A stretch of 63,865 nt of DNA, counting the filler, from Octopus bimaculoides (lineage: Eukaryota): NCBI RefSeq assembly GCF_001194135.2. It is 5 parts of 5 records of this genome, joined end to end, with 100 filler letters (N's around TTAATTAATTAA, not from the genome) between each part and the next. Parts side by side here need not be neighbours in the genome. Positions count along the whole stretch, not along the records: positions 58,335 to 62,585 come from NW_026382478.1; positions 62,686 to 63,865 come from NW_026326281.1; 3 more parts are not named here. One strand, 5' to 3'. This document shows, piece after piece, positions 62,150 through 63,865 of the stretch (positions are counted from its first letter, which is position 1; the number at the start of each line of letters is the position of its first letter). The position numbers and the translations under genes were made by a program. The notes beneath the pieces are model-generated. The model did no database searches and had not been told where the DNA came from. It saw nothing but the letters and a program-made list of their open reading frames with translations.

Positions 62150-62500
62150 TGAGTGTTGTGTGGGAACTGGATCGAAGGTCCAATAACGTTACGTGTTATA
62201 TATTTCTGGATCCTTATTTCTCTTCATAAATTGGTGCATAAATTATTTACGAGTCCGAGAGGTGAGAGTTATTCATCGAGGCGAAGTATGCGGATCCTGC
62301 CGTTTTCAGAATTAATTTGCTAGCTCCATGTAATTTTTGGGAGCAGTCGAGTTCATTTTTAGTATTCTTGTTTGTGAGAGCAATCGAGTTTATTTCAGAT
62401 ATTCTCATTCAAAAATCATCTCTGGCTAATCGTTGAGAGGACGTTGATGTTGTCTTGGCGGAGGTTTGCCCCCTCTAAGTGCTCTTGTAATCATTATTTT
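62150..62500 (-). mobile_element. Probable non-autonomous DNA element fragment (unassigned)
   Basis: Minus strand starts ACAAGAGCACTTAGAGGGGGCAAACCTCCGCCAAG with an internal CTCGA(T/C)TGCTC duplication; recalled as a mollusc-type repeat, unverified. Confidence 0.35.
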
Positions 62501-63073
62501 TGTTGTTGTTGTTGCTGCTGCTGATGATGATGTTAATGATGATGATGATTTACAAGGTAATTCAATAAAATGGAAATATCATTTCNNNNNNNNNNNNNNN
62601 NNNNNNNNNNNNNNNNNNNNNNNNNNNNNTTAATTAATTAANNNNNNNNNNNNNNNNNNNNNNNNNNNNNNNNNNNNNNNNNNNNGGTGGTGAAAGGGCT
62701 GTCAATATGTGTGGTTGCTGTTTTGATGACGTACTTAGAAATTCTTTTTGTGTGCGCGTGCAGTTTTCATTCTTTTTCTTCTCTAGCGTTCCAAGGCTAG
62801 GGAAGTGATGTTCGAAGAACGGACTGGAACAGCGTTTCAAAACAATGTTTCTCGACATTTTTCCAAATGCGGAGAAAAAATTTAAATTTTGACGGGGCTG
62901 GAACTGCCCCTAGGGGCCAATTCCTCCTTTCGAAAAAAGACACAAATGAAGATTGGGTGCTTCGCACAGATTATATGAAAAAATTTTAAACAAATGTGGG
63001 CAATATAAGGTCAAAATAAGGTTTACCTCTGCAGACGATGTGACAGCATGTCCGTCAGAAGAGATAGACAGAC

Positions 63074-63107
<34 letters not shown>

Positions 63108-63865
63108 TCACATACATACATACATACATACATACATACATACATACAAAAATACATATATAAATACATACACATACAAAAATACTTACATACACTCATA
63201 CAAGCACGCACACATATATGTATATATGTATGGTTATATGTGAGAGTGGATGCGTACTATCGGTGTGTGCACGTGTCTGTAGTGATGTAATGAGTCCTAT
63301 CCTAATATATTAGCACACATCAAAAATCTATATTATTCACCCGCCAGTTAAGAACAAAACAAAATGCAACATATACTAATCGGATTTTATTGATAGTGGA
63401 AAAACCGAAAGTTCAGTTTAATTTGGGCCAAACTTAAGACTAATATCCTGGTCTTTCAATGTTTAGACAAAATTAAATGCATTAATACAAATACAGGGTA
63501 TGAGTGTAAATAGTTGTGATTTCCGACACATTATTTACATAAGGCTGTTCAGTATTCTGTTTAAAGTTACGTACTGATATACGAGGATATATATTTATAA
63601 GAAGCTATCTTGCTTTAATTACACAATTTTCTTGTAAGCGGAAATTGGCCTGGATGATCGGGATAATTTTTCAATGTGTGTCCCATAGGTAAAGACTTCC
63701 TACATAAAGGAATCTCTGGATACTACATTGATCGTGAATATGATTTTAATTTAATTCAATATGTCTTATTAATTAAATACTTCGTATGTGTATTTCGTGT
63801 GCAAGATTCTTGATATGGATACATGTGTTGAAAGAAATACAATTAAACCTTGGGAGAGGCATTAT

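Overview
Eukaryotic, AT-rich, microsatellite-dense and gap-ridden genomic DNA. It is most likely an octopus/coleoid short-read assembly; this is inferred from the tRNA-derived SINE families and repeat landscape as I recall them, not from a database search. No host protein-coding gene can be confidently called; only a few short + strand exon candidates with good splice sites were seen. The window is essentially a transposon graveyard: mariner, Tc1, maT-like and Tc2/pogo-type elements, a FLYWCH-MULE, a hAT-Charlie MITE, R4/Dong-clade RLE LINEs (one with an inverted 5' segment), RTE and L2/Jockey-like LINE remnants, two Penelope-like fragments, an LTR-like segment with a compact Pol II promoter, and about 20 SINE copies from three families. 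The most interesting signal is not in the ORF track. Several mutually unrelated type I hammerhead ribozyme folds (CUGANGA / helix II / GAAA / short, often palindromic helix III / NUH) occur at about 4011, 15556 and 53399, with decayed or half copies at about 1160, 44686, 48297 and 53715. All that I found are on the + strand, and three lie at or near breakpoints of Tc1/mariner remnants. A fold-back mariner family (two copies) built from two left ends is the other notable structure. Assembly artefacts include TTAATTAATTAA gap spacers and an Illumina adapter. Coordinates were read by eye, and element boundaries are approximate unless a TIR or TSD is quoted.
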